A stretch of 64,000 bases of DNA from Octopus sinensis (Eukaryota): assembly GCF_006345805.1 (NCBI RefSeq), contig NC_043007.1, positions 53,754,001 through 53,818,000 on the forward strand, given 5' to 3'. The stretch's first letter is position 1. The number at the start of each line of letters is the position of its first letter. This document shows positions 50,336-63,479 of this stretch, one piece after another. Position numbers and translations under genes: made by a program. The notes under the pieces are model-generated. The model was not told where the DNA came from. It did no database searches and saw only the letters and a list, made by a program, of their open reading frames with translations.

Positions 50336-50730
50336 CTAGCAGTATCGCCCGGCGTTGCTCGGGTTGTAAGGGAAATAACTATATAAGCATTTTTAGAGAG
50401 TTATAGCCAAAAAATAGCAAAAAAATGCATTAAAAATTGAAAAAAATTAAGGTAAATTTTTTTTTTAAATCGTTGACACATCGTAGATATTTTTAGAGAC
50501 TTTACTTCCCTTATATAAAAGCGAAAAAATGCATTAAAATGGAAAAATATGATGGTAAATTTTTTTTAAATCGTAGACTCATCGTAGACGCGCGCTAATA
50601 CCCAGAAGGGCTCGATATGAATCACGACTATAGATACCCGCTTTTGGTTAAACTGCACCGCAAAATGTGGGAGTAGTTACGAATCTAAATCGAAGGGGAC
50701 AGACACACAACTTCACTCTTATATAAAGAT
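50336..50730 (+). mobile_element. Non-autonomous Helitron-like element
   Basis: Same termini and internal motif (aaatcgtagactcatcgtagacgcgc) as 27698-27993. Confidence 0.72.
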
Positions 50731-50989
50731 GCTTTTTTTTTTTCAGTCATAGAGTTAGATTTATGAAGGTCTTCAGTAGAAAATCCTTCGAATTCTGACT
50801 CGCTGCTTGATATAATGAAATTCGTATCCATTTTTTGTCAGAATTACAAATTTTAAAATTACACTTCGATTTTTGTACAAAACTGTATTTGAAGTGTTTA
50901 CGTGTTTTCACGAATGTACTAAAGAGATTTACTCTGATTTTCTCATTTAAATATGAATAGGTAAATTCGGGTGGTTTGGTAACGAAAGG

Positions 50990-51441
50990 GTTTTTATAAG
51001 TGTCGTCTGTTTATACATAAACACTGTTTCATACTTTCAGTTTAGTCTTCCTCAAATCACTCTGTCGGTAATTTACTCTCTTCCAAGAACATTTTCACTC
51101 ACTCTTATCTGTTAGCTTCCCATACATTTTACTCATGTATCTATCAGCGTGATAGACAGAAACAAATATTACATCTAGTTTCATTTTATTCGTTGCACAC
51201 TGTATGTGTGCGTTTGCGTGTGCTGTAAACCAGACTAAGAAAAGCATTTGACATACACACCAGAATGTGAGTTTTCTGTAAATTTTGCTTAATTGGAGTT
51301 TAAATTTTAAAAACTGGACCTGGCATGACCCGATGCATTCTACTCTTAAAAATGCTAGGTAAATTGTAATTGAAGAAATCCTATATTGTAGATTTCTATA
51401 ACTTACAAAGGGAGGCAGATAAATCTGCCTTTTATAATAAG
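50990..51441 (+). mobile_element. Helitron-like 3' end with a terminal hairpin; second copy at about 52850-53240
   Basis: Hairpin AGGCAGATAAATCTGCCT then tttataata; about 320 bp shared with 52900-53240. Confidence 0.6.
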
Positions 51442-51442
51442 A

Positions 51443-52079
51443 CTAGCAGTATCGCCCGGCGTTGCTCGGGTTTGTAAGGGAAATAACTATATAAGCATTT
51501 TTAGAGAGTTATAGCCAAAAAATAGCAAAAAATGCATTAAAAATGGAAAAAATATGATGGTAAATTTTTTTTAAATCGTTGACTCATCGTAGACATTTTT
51601 AGAGAGTTACTTCCCTTATATAATAGCGAAAAAATGCATTAAAATGGAAAAAAAAACGATGGTAAATTTTTTTTTAAATCGTAGACTCATGTAGACGCTT
51701 TCTTAGCCATTTCTGTTTTGGTGTCTTCAAGCCATGAAGTCGTTGTTCTAAAAGAACACTGGTCTCCTTGACAACGCATTACGACGTTGATTTCCTTACA
51801 CTCCCTTCCCCACAGGTGCAGGTGTGAGCGTGGACGCCAACTCCGCCGCCATCGACACACGAAAAATTATGCATTAAAATGGAATAAAAATGATGTTAAA
51901 TTATTTTTAAAATCGTAGACTCATCGTAGACGCGCGCTAATATTCAGACGGGCTCGATATGAATCACGACTATAAGCTACCCGAATTTGGTTAAACTGTA
52001 CCGCAAAATGTGGGAGTAGTTAGGAATCTAAATCGAAGGGGACAGACACTCACACAACTACAGTTTTATATATATAGAT
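51443..52079 (+). mobile_element. Non-autonomous Helitron-like element with internal repeats
   Basis: CTAGCAGTATCGCCCGGCGTTGCTCGGG start; ends cacacaactacagttttatatatatagat. Confidence 0.72.
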
Positions 52080-52139
52080 ATACATAGCGCAGTAGTGGTG
52101 AGATATGACAGCAAAGAAAAGCATACATTCACTCTCTGC

Positions 52140-52513
52140 ATGCAATTAGACTCGGAAAGTTCGTGAGGAACCCATTGACCCAATTTGCTGACTTTTCCGA
52201 TAGCACACAGGTGTCAATGAATGGTTGAATGACCAAATCCAAGCTTCTCTGCTAGTTCCTCAACAGTTACGATGATATTTTGTTCCACCAGGGTTTTCAG
52301 GATGTCCTTGTCGAGTTCTACAGATCTTTCAGGATGAGGCTCGTCTTCTAGGCTGTAGTTTATGGCTCGGGATTTCTGGAACCACCATTGACACTGCCTT
52401 ACGCTTATTGTCCAATCCCCATATACTGCATTAATATTTCTTGTACTTTGCACACATTTATATTCTGTTATTGTTTTATATGTTTCAGCCTTGAGGTTGT
52501 GGCCATGCTGGAT

Positions 52514-52520
<7 letters not shown>
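52140..52520 (-). mobile_element. Mariner transposase N-terminal fragment (different family from 33107-34375)
   Basis: STRNINAVYG..SVRQCQWWF..SLEDEPH..VEELAEKLG..STIH, then GKVSKLGQWVPHEL. Confidence 0.8.
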
Positions 52521-52549
<29 letters not shown>

Positions 52550-52660
52550 TATCTGTCTGTCTGTCTGTCTGTATGTATATATGTATATGTATGTGTGTGA
52601 ACAATAATATTTTCAACAGATGTGTTGCAAATGTATCTGATTGTTCTCAAGCTTCAATAC

Positions 52661-52691
<31 letters not shown>

Positions 52692-53238
52692 ATGTATGTA
52701 TGTATGTATATGTATGTATGTATGTATGTGTGTATGTATGTATGTGTGTGTGTATGTATGTGTGTGTGTATGTGTGTGTATGTATGTATGTATGTATGTA
52801 TGTATGTATGTATGTATGTATGAGTGTATGTTTACTTTATTACTAATTACTCTCTTCCAAGAACATTTTCACTCACTCTTAGCTCTTAGCTTCCCATACA
52901 TTTTACTCATGTATCTATCAGCGTCATAGACAGAATACTTTCACTTTAGTCTTCCTCAAATCACTGTGTCGCTATTTACTTTCATTTTATTCGTTGCCCA
53001 CTGTGTGTGTGCGTTTGCGTGTGGTGTAAACCAGACTAAGAAAAGCATTTGACACACACACCAGAATGTGAGTTTTCTGTAAATTTTGCTTAATTGGAGT
53101 TTAAATTTTAAAAACTGGACCTGGCATGACGCGATGCATTGTACTCTTAAAACTGCTAGGTAAATTGTAATTGAAGAAATCCTATATTGTAGATTTGTAT
53201 AACTCCCAAGGGAGGCAGATAAATCTGCCTTTTATAAT

Positions 53239-53380
<142 letters not shown>

Positions 53381-53677
53381 TATATGATATAAATATATAC
53401 ACACACACACATACAAAGATAGATTGATAGATACAACTGAGTGGACAAACAAAAATATGAGGCACAGCCTAGTGCTTTTTTTATGTTGATAAGCCTGGTA
53501 CTTACTCTATTAGTTTGTTCTTGTGAAACCAGTAAGTTATGTGGATGTAAATAAATTAACAGCAGTTGTGAAGCAATGATGAGGGAGAAACACAAAGACA
53601 CACACATAGACTTACATATATACATACATATATTTACGAATGATTTGTTTCAGTTCCTGTCTACGAAATCCATATAT

Positions 53678-56651
53678 ATTGTTGTTGGCATCCTTTTTAT
53701 CTCGGGAGACAATGAAGTTGCGCATAAAATAATCTAGTCTGGCTTTTACATTTCAAGTCCTAATATATCTCCTGCTGTGGCTGTGTAGTCCTATCCTGGA
53801 CAAACACTCCCTCTGGCAGGTGCCGCAAATGTAGTGAAGACTTTGCCTGGCTGGCTGTAATGTCATAGTTTCTTGTTGACGTCTTTTCTTGTCTTTCCAT
53901 TTCTCCTCTCTCTCTATGTCACTCCTTTGTGTTCCCTCTTTTATGGTACGTCGCTAATCTCCACGGTTGTTGGCAACTGCTTCCCAGTTGGTAATATTGA
54001 TGTTGCAGGCATTCATGTCCCTTTTGCAAACATCCTTGTATCGTAAGAACAGTCTTCCCACAGACCTAGTGCCCCTAGCAAACTCTCCGTTGAGTATGTC
54101 CTTGGGGATTCTGCCATCTTCAATACAGCTAACATGTCCAAGCTATCTCATACGTCTTTGTGTGAGGAGTGCAAACATGCTTGGTATTCCTGCTTGCTTG
54201 AGGACATCTTTGTTGGGGACATGATTCTGCCATTTGATGCGAAGGACTTTCCGGAAGCAGCGTAGGTGATAGATATTTAGGCGACGCTCTTGGCATGTGT
54301 ATGGCGTCCAAGTCTCACTTCCATACAGTAGAGTGCTAAGTACACATGCCAGGTAAATCTTCATTTTTGTGGTCTTGGTCAGCTTATTGTTGTCCCATGC
54401 CCGTTTGGAGAGTTGGGCCATCACAGCAGCTGCCTTGCCAATGCGTATATTGAGCTCAGCAGCAAGGGATAGGTTGTAGGTGACGGTAGAGCCAAGGTAG
54501 GTAAACTTCTCCACCTTCTGTAGTCTGTGGTCTCCAATGTGTATGTTTGGGATGTCCGATGTAGCCTGACCCATGATGTTGGTCTTCTTGAGGCTGATAA
54601 CTAAGCCAAAGTTGCCACATGCTTGCTCAACACAGTTGATGAGCCTTTGTAGGGCTTCTTCTGTGTGTGATACCAGAGCGGCATCATCAGCAAATAGCGT
54701 CTCCTTGATCAGGACACTTCTGATTTTGGTCTTGGCATGCAGACGCGAGAGATTGAATAGTTTCCCATCACTTCTACTGTGCAGAAACACTCCATCATCT
54801 GATGTCTGAAAGGCATGTGAGAGCAGCAGTGAGAAGATGCCAAATAATGTAGGAGCAAGGACACAACATTGCTTTACCCCATTTTTTATTTGGAAGGCGG
54901 CTGATGTTGAACCATTGTGCTGTACGGTGCCTTGCATATCATCATGGAAAGATTTGATGATCCTCAGCAGCTTTGGTGGACATCCGAATTTTTGGAGCAG
55001 GATGAAGAGGCCTTTTCTACTTACCAACTCAAAGGCCTTTATCAGATCAATGAAGACCATATATAATGGCATTTTCTGCTCTCTGGACTTCTCCTGAAGT
55101 TGGCGTATGGAGAATATCATGTCAATAGTTGATCTGCTTCTTCTAAAGCCACACTGCGATTCTGGATAAATTCGAGAAGCAAGCAGTTGCAGCCTGGACA
55201 GGATAATGCGAGCAAAGGTCTTTCCAACAGTGCTTAGAAGAGATATTCCACGGTAATTGTTACAATCACCACGGTCACCTTTGTTTTTGTAAAGCGTAAT
55301 GATGTTAGCATCCCGTAATGATGTTAGCGTAATGATGTTACCCTCTTTCCAGCACTGACACAGAAGCTCATGAAGGTGCTGAAGAAGGATGGTGTTTTTG
55401 CCGGTTTTGATGATCTCTAAGGGGATGCCATCTTTTCCCGGAGCCTTGTTACTTGCTAGGGAGTCAATAGCCTTGGTGAGCTCTGCTATAGATGGCAGAC
55501 TGTCAAGTTCGCACATGACTGGCAAGACCTTGACACCCTCGATTGCAGTCTCAGCTAACGTTGTTCTCCCGTGAGTAGAGATCCTGGTAGTACTCCACCC
55601 ACCTATCCATCTGCTTGCTTTGGTCCTTGATGAGATCTCCAGTAGTTGATTTCAGAGCGGCTGACTTGGTTGCGGATGGACCAAGGGCCTTCTTGAAACC
55701 GGCATACATCGCACGGGTGTCGCCACTGTCAGCAGCTAACTAAATATTCTGACAGATTTCCTGCCAATACCTATTTGCACAGCGTCTGGCAGTCAGTTGG
55801 GTTTTATTTCTTGCCTTTCTGAGTTCTTCGAGTGACTTTGTAGAAGAATCACTCTTGTATTGCATCAGAGCTGCACACATTGCTTCGATAACTGTTTCCA
55901 GCTCTGAAAGCCCAGCACTGAACCAATCTGGATTTTGCCTTTCTCTCATGCCGAAAGTATCTATTGATATAGTATACAAAGCTTCCCTGATATAATTCCG
56001 CCTACTTTCAGCAGAGGAGGTTGGGTAGCTACTGAGGGCAATCTTGATAGAAACAGCAAAACATTGGTTCTGGCAGTGTTAATGCGTAGTCAGCCCATTT
56101 TCTTGGAGTTCTTCGAGTGACTTTGTAGAAGAATCACTCTTGTATAGCATCAGAGCTGCACACATTGCTTCGATAACTGTTTCCAGCTCTGAAAGCCCAG
56201 CACTGAACCAATCTGGATTTTGCCTTTCTCTCATGCCGAAAGTATCTATTGATATAGTATACAAAGCTTCCCTGATATAATTCCACCTACTTTCAGCAGA
56301 GGAGGTTGGGCAGCTACTGAGGGCAATCTTGATAGAAACAGCAAAACATTGGTTCTGGCAGTGTTAATGCGTAGTCAGCCCATTTTCTTGGAGTGATGGA
56401 CTTTTATAGGCAGAATCCTCACCCTGCTTCTTATTAGTGAATGATCTGTGTCACAATCTGCGCTGTGGTAACTATGGGTTAGTTGAACAGAATTCAGAAA
56501 GGATCTTCGTGTAATGATGAGATCCAGCTGATGCCAGTGGTGAGATCTTGGATGTCTCCAAGATGCCTTGTGGGATGTCTTGTTGGCAAAGAATGTGTTA
56601 GTGATGCACAGGTTATGGTATGTGCAAAATTCATGTAGTCTCTGACCGCTG
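53678..56651 (-). mobile_element. 5'-truncated RTE-BovB-like LINE with a long RT ORF and an internal 285-bp tandem duplication
   Basis: ORF 54143-55525 (460 aa) has NYRGISLLS, QCGFR, FIDL.KAF, GVKQCCVLAPTLF and FADD; the 3' end is aacaacaa. Confidence 0.93.
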
Positions 56652-56675
56652 TATTCTGCTCCTCCTGGGGCTCCT

Positions 56676-57556
56676 CTACCTTTCTTGCTGGTTCTTTTCT
56701 TTGTTCTTTTGTTGGGGAGGACAGTTAGCTCTTATGTGGCCCTTCAAGCAGCATTTGTAACAACGAGGAGCTCTGCCCTCCACCCATACTCTCATAATTA
56801 TGTTTCCCATTATTATATTCTCGGCCAGTTGTTCCAACACCTCCAATTCCGCCTGGACATTCATCTCCAGTACTGCTCCTCTCCATCCTCCCTCGTCCTT
56901 CACCGTGGCATGAAGAATGTCCACCTTATCTTCATTAGCACTGATGATGGCTGTCACAATCCACTCTCCGTCTATGTCTGGTGATATTCCCTCCACCCTG
57001 ATCCGGGTCGTCCTCCTTCCCAGATACGAGGGCAGAAGGAATGCCTTCTCCGACTTTATTGTTTTCGCCGCCATTCTCCTTGCCACTTTTTCGGTTTTAA
57101 ATTGTACAACCACGGTGCCGAACCCAACGCCTCTTGCGAGAAACGCTACCTCCTCTTCTGGCATTCTCAGTGCTTCCTCTACCATTTCCATGCCGACCAA
57201 CTCTATTCTCCTTTTTTCGTTGGTGAATACTCTATACGTAATGGTCCTCTTCTCATACCAGTCTCTTCTTTTCCTTGGCGGCGACAACTCAACTTAACTG
57301 CCGACCTTCGTAAAAATTCTTGATAACCTGGCAACTTAGCTAGATCTATCTCTTTTTCCGTTGACTTTGTCGCTCGAGCGTATGTTGTTTTTTCTCCGAG
57401 TGCTCTGCCCAATTTCCTCACTGCCTTTTCCAGTTCCTCCTTAGAGGTCGACAGGTCCGACTCACTGAGGCTTGTAAAAACATTTTTCCTTGCCATTTTC
57501 TCCCTTAGGGAGAGGCAAACCATTTTTTCCTTGTCTGTCTCAGTACAGACAGACAA
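56676..57556 (-). mobile_element. LINE ORF1-like remnant (L1/Tx1-type) with a CCHC zinc knuckle, frameshifted
   Basis: ORF 56676-57287 ends in PRCYKCCLKGHIRANCP; upstream is a coiled, basic ORF at 57203-57556. Confidence 0.7.
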
Positions 57557-58371
57557 AATTCAACAATACCGTTTAACAAAATTTAATAAACAATAACAGG
57601 CAAAGCAATTACACACAGGTTCCAAAAAACGACTACAGCCAAACTTCATATAGATACTTAATGCTAGCTAATTAGCAGATAATCTAATGTAAAAGCCGTG
57701 GTAAAGGGTATGTGCATAGCTCCATCTGGACTATTCCATTTCTGCACATTAATTTTATTTTTAATTTATTCCCATTCATGTGAAACCACTTATTCAAGTT
57801 CAAGTCATTTATGCAATTTTATACCAATTGCTATTTCTACTTTTAATTGTTATGTTACGATTTAATTATTATATTATACTTTAGTTTGATTTTAATTATT
57901 ACTTACAACATATAATTCAATTGTTATTATTATCTCTAATTTTTATTGTTAAAGTGAAAGTATCTGACATAAAATAGAGAGATGTTTTTGTTTCACTTTT
58001 AATGCGTAATACTGAAATAGTGGAGAAGATATGATATCACTATGGGCTCGCCCTAGGCAAGAAGTTGAACATTTTTTGCCCATGACACTACATGGACACT
58101 AAGTAAGGCATGTGTAAAATTTGAATGAAATTGGTTGTGTAGTTCTCAAGTTTTAGGGAAACACACAGACAGACAGACAGACAGACAGACACACATTCTC
58201 ACTTATATATATATATATATAAGTAGTTGAATGAATTATCTTAGTATGGATAATTCGGTTAACCGATACCTGGGTAGCAAATTTACGTCAGAAAAACACG
58301 GTTGAAGCTACATGCCAAGGGCAGAGATGACGTGCTTTCGTGTGGAAATTTGTGTGTTTTTTTTAATACAA

Positions 58372-58511
58372 ATAAATGAAAGAATGGAGTTGAACGACGA
58401 TTTAACAAAATTCCTTTATTCTCGACATATGTTTCGAAGGCTGCATATTCCTAATTTCGAAGGAATAAGGAATTTTGTTAAATCGTCGTTCAACTCCATT
58501 CTTTCATTTAT
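58372..58511. repeat. Inverted repeat with about 48-bp arms, enclosing a half-hammerhead (minus strand, 58417-58441)
   Basis: ataaatgaaagaatggagttgaacgacgatttaacaaaattcct and its reverse complement; minus strand reads GCCTTC GAAAC ATAT GTC GAGAATAA. Confidence 0.75.
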
Positions 58512-58615
58512 ATATATATATATATGTGCAGTGGAATGTCGATTTATGAATGCTTTACATTATAAACAAATTGGTTTATGAACAACTTTTGCAATGTATT
58601 TCCACTAAGTAATAT

Positions 58616-58619
<4 letters not shown>

Positions 58620-58657
<38 letters not shown>

Positions 58658-59030
58658 TTAGCATCCGTTCTCCATGCTAGCATGCGTTGGACTGTTTAAC
58701 TGGAGTCTGTGAAGCTGGAAGGCTTCATCAGGCCCAGTCAGATCTGGCAGTGTTTCTACGGCTGGATGCCCTTCCTAACGCCAACCACTCCGTGAGTGTA
58801 GTGGGTGCTTTTTACGTGCCACCCGCACAAGTGCCAGACAGAGCTGGCAAACGGCCACGAACTGATGGTGCTTTTACGTGTCACCGGCACGGGGCCAGGC
58901 GAGGCTGGCAACGGACACGAACGGATGGTGCTTTTACGTGCCACCAACACGGGGGCCAGACAGAGCTGGCAAACGGCCACGAAACGGATGGTGCTTTTAC
59001 GTGTCACCGGCACGGGGGCCGGATATATAT
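58620..59030 (-). repeat. RTE 3'-end/SINE-like copy with internal about 38-bp repeats
   Basis: (CAT)n then ttagcatccgttctccatgctagc; repeated gatggtgcttttacgtg. Confidence 0.8.
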
Positions 59031-59619
59031 ATATATATGTATATATGCATGGAAAGAAATGGTGTGTTCTTATGCAGGAAGAAATTTGTTTTGGAGTTTG
59101 GGAGTGCACCTGGATCATAACATGCACATGGAAACAAAGTCAAACACTCAAATTAACAAAGCTTTATATAAATACCTGTTCATGCATATACAGACGAGTG
59201 TGTGTATGTATTATAAATATAGATATATATATAATGATAAAAGTGAAAAGGGCACTGGCTATGAGCTTGAGACAGGGGTGACAATGCTACTATCTTCAGA
59301 TCAAAGACATTACTTGAATGCTTGCAACAAGAATCCATTAAAGACATTTAAAGATCCGATAGTGATGTGAATGTAGGTAACACATGAAGCCTCTCTCTCT
59401 CCCTCTCTCTCTTTTTCTCTTCCCCTTACTTTCACTTTTTCCTCTTTTCCATACACATGGCAGATCACTGTTGAGTCTATCTTGTTTATACACACACACA
59501 CACACACACACATACACACACACACAACACACACACACACACAAATCACACGCTTTTGTGTGAGTGTGAGTGTGAGTGTGAGAGAGTCAACAGATGAGAT
59601 TCAGAGATTATCAGTAAAG

Positions 59620-60205
59620 AAAACACTTAGTGGCACTCATGGCTGCTTATAAATGCCAAAACCTTCCCAGGTGAAGAATGTACCCCACAACATAGACTAG
59701 TAGTTAATGACTTCAGGATCAGGGCTAAATGGATGCCCAGAAGACGACCAGCTAGGAGAAGAAGGGTCTGGAGACGTAAAGATCCTGTGAATAGACAGAG
59801 ATTTAGACATATTACTCGAAGCCTTTGACGAAATAGAAGGAGATATAGCTTCACATGGTATAGAAGACAACTGGAGGTTCCTACGGAACAACCTGCTATG
59901 GGCCACCAACCAGATCTGTGGATGGTGCAAAGTTCCCTCTCGACCCAAAATAACATGGTGGTGGAACAATGTCGTTGACAGGGCTATTAGACAAAAGAAA
60001 CAGGCTTGGAAGGACTGGAAGAACTGTGGTAGCAGGGAAGTGTATCAGACCGCCAGAAGGGAAGCTAGGAGGCAGGTTTATTTAGCCAGAGAGGAAGCAG
60101 ATAAGAAAAAAATTGCCAATGTTCTGCACCGTGAGAACGAAAGACTTGAGGTATTTCGTGTTGTAAGACAGTGTGTGAGAGAGAATCATGATGTGGTAGG
60201 GTATC
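59620..60205 (+). mobile_element. Internal RTE LINE fragment
   Basis: Homologous to 14050-14660(-): KTFPGEECTPQHRLVV, WWNNVVDRAI, QVYLAREEADKK. Confidence 0.85.
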
Positions 60206-63200
60206 TTTCCCAGAGCTGGTGGATCTGACTTTCAAATCAGTGAAAGTCACACACTCAACTCGATCGCTATCCTATAAGGAATCTTCAGGATTTTTCTTCG
60301 AACTTGCATGGTTGTACCATTTTTTCCAAGGTTGACCTCATCCGGGCTTATCATCAGATCCAATGTACCCTGACGACATTCCCAAAACTGCTGTTACCAT
60401 CCCCTTTGAAAGTTTCGAGTTCCTGTTTATGAGCTTCGGTTTGCGGAATGCAACAAGTACATTCCAGAGGTCTATTGACGAAGTTGTCCATGGACTTGAT
60501 TTTGTGTTCGCTTATGTCGGTGATTTGCTCATAGCTGGCGACATGTGTGAAAATCATCTCCAACACTTATCTCATCTTTTTCAGCGTCTTAGCACCTACA
60601 ATGTGAGAATCAACCCCTATAAGTGTGTTTTTGGGCAGTCCTCTCTGGAATTTCTGGGGCATTATATCGACTTGAATTGTATCAGACCTCTCCCATGCAA
60701 AGTTGATGCAATTCAACGCATCTCACCTCCCACTTCTCTCTTCCAATTGCATCACTTTTTGGGAATCGCCAACTTCTAAAGACGCTTCATATGTAAATGT
60801 GCAGACTCAACAACTGAAAGCAAATATAAAAAGAGATGCTCCTATCACTGTATCTGCCGAAGCATTATCTTCATTTGAGTCAATTAAGAAGGAAATAGCT
60901 TCTGTTCCCTTGCTTGTACATCTGGCTCCTGATGCATGTCTCTCTTTAACAGTTGATGCATCAGATTCCGCGGTTGGTGCTGTTTTGCAACATACTGTCA
61001 ATAATCAAACTTGGCCTTTGGCATTTTTTCTCATCAATTAAAACCAGCTGAACGTTGTTACAGTACGTTTGATCGTGAACTCTTAGCAATCTACCTGTCA
61101 ATTCATCACTTTTAACATCAATTCAAGGGCCAGGATTTTGTGATTTATACTGTACTGATCACAAGCCTTTTACGTTTGCTCTGTCATCCAAATTGGACAA
61201 ACACTCGCCTCGTGCTTTTCGTCACCTGGATTACATTTCTCAGTTCACGAGTGATATTCGGCATATTCCTGGATCAGAGAACGTGCCTGCTGATGCACTC
61301 TCTCGTCTCCCTGTATGTTCTCTTTTAACTTTTGTAGCAATCGATTTAACTGCTATTGCTCAGGATCAGCCAGCTCTGGACACATTGGTTCTAACTTCCA
61401 CCAAGCTGTCCTGTTGCAAGTTTGCCTATCTTTTACTTCCATCTGCTGAAAGCACAATTCATTGTGTTACAGCTACTGGTTCTCCCAGACCATTTGTACC
61501 TGCGACCCACCAGTATTCTGCTTCCGATGCCTTGCATTCACTGTCACATCCTGGCATCGCTGCCTCGGTGAAGCTTATTACGGCTTGGTTTTTCTGACCT
61601 AATATGCACCAGATGATCACTGCTTGAGCACGCTCTTGTGTGAAATGCCAGCATTCTAAAATCCACAGGCACATTCGCGCTCCTCTTGGACAGTTTTCTC
61701 TGCCAGAAACTCACTTTCGCCATGTCCACATTGATCTGGTTGGACCATGGCCTGTCAGTCGTGGGTTCTCTTACATATTGACATGCGTCAATTGTTTCTC
61801 TCATTGGCCTGAAGCTATTCCAATAGTGGACATTTCCGCTGAGTCAGTTGCTCGAGCTTTTGTTTCTAACTGGATTGCACACTTTGATGTCCCAGCTAAA
61901 ATAACCACTGATCGTAGACGCCAGTTCAAAGCTTCCTTATTTTGTGAATTGTTGCAAATCCTAGGCATTCCTCACATTCGTATGACCAGCTACTATCCAG
62001 CTTCCAACAGGATGGTTGAACATTTCCACAGGCAACTGAAGGTTGCTCTATGCGCCACTCCTAATCCACAATCTTGGACAGAATTCTTGCCTCTCGTTCT
62101 TCTTGGTTGTTACACTGCTGTTAAAATAGACTTAGGTTTCTTCTCAGCTGAACTCCTTTATGGTACCATCCTAGCACTCCCTGGCACAATGTTGTCACCA
62201 GACATTTCATCGCATCCTGATCCAACGTCGTATGTCACTAGACTTCACTCGTATTACTCAAGTCTTCCACCCATGCATCCACGTAACCAGTCTATTCCCT
62301 CACACATCCCATCGGACATTGACAAATGGACTCACGTTTCTGTTCGGGATGATTCTGTCAAGGAACCTCCCATTTCTCCTTATAAGGGACCATTTTATGT
62401 GCTATTGCACTCACCCAAAATTTTTAGTCTCGACATCAATGGTCGGGCAGAGACTGTGTCGGTTGACAGAATTAAAAGGGCACATTTTGAGGTGTCCACA
62501 CCCTTCGATGACACCCCAAACACGTCCACCTTTGATCCTTTACAACCACCTACATCCACCTGCACATGCACTTTGACCACACCATCACCTACACCACTTT
62601 GTCGCCACTACCTAACACGAACAAACCCTATGTCACCAGGACAGGTTGCACTGTGCATTGGCCCCAAAGACTCACTAGAACTATTTACATCTAACTTTTT
62701 TTCTTTTTCTTCATGCGACAGACAATTGTTTCTCGTGTGCTGAACAATACCAATGCCTTGTCATTGAACTCTGTAAAATAATATTTTGTGCATGCTCCTT
62801 TACATTGCTTGTGATTATTTTTTCTCAGTTTCACATTTTGTATTATATTTTGTACCACATCTTGTTGTTTGTGATTGGTGGGCCATTTTTGCTTTCTTGT
62901 GCATGCTCCAGTCATTCTAGTTTTCACACTGGCATTCTCAGTGGGGAGCCCCTGTAGCGTGGCACAAGAAGCCAGCGCCATTTTGTATGAAATCTCGCTG
63001 CGGCTATTGCCAGGTCTGAGACAAGAGCGAGATCTTGCCTACAACCATGTTTGCCATGTGTGAGACCACAGTGAGGCTCTCGTGGGCAACATCTATTTAA
63101 GGAGGTGTATTGAGCAACCCGTTCTTCTCTCACGTTGGCACTCACGCTGAACAACACTGCAACCTAGCAGTTCACAGTGGATTCTTAACCCTCTCTAACT

Positions 63201-63264
63201 TTACCCGTTATCTCCAGAGGTAATGTACTTCTCGTGAACGGAGCTAATGAAATACGTGATGACA
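60206..63264 (+). mobile_element. Gypsy (CsRn1-like) LTR retrotransposon: RT, RNase H and integrase remnants, PPT and 3' LTR
   Basis: [22 protein letters not shown]; LTVDASDSAVGAVLQ; HVHIDLVGP..TTDR.RQF. Purine tract gtggggagcccc then TGTAG at 62953; the LTR end near 63264 is uncertain. Confidence 0.88.
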
Positions 63265-63479
63265 TACAGATGGTCAGGAGCAAACCCCCATGAAATGAGA
63301 ACCAAATAAACAACCATTGAATTGCAACCACTTGTAAACCTCTTCTTCTTTGACTTCCAGAATCCTAAGACTATGAAAAGTAATTGTAATGGGAGAAGGA
63401 GATACTCCACAGGTATCAGGAACCTTCTAGTACTATTATAAGTACATAATTGCCTAGATTAATTTGGAAGTCAACAGAG

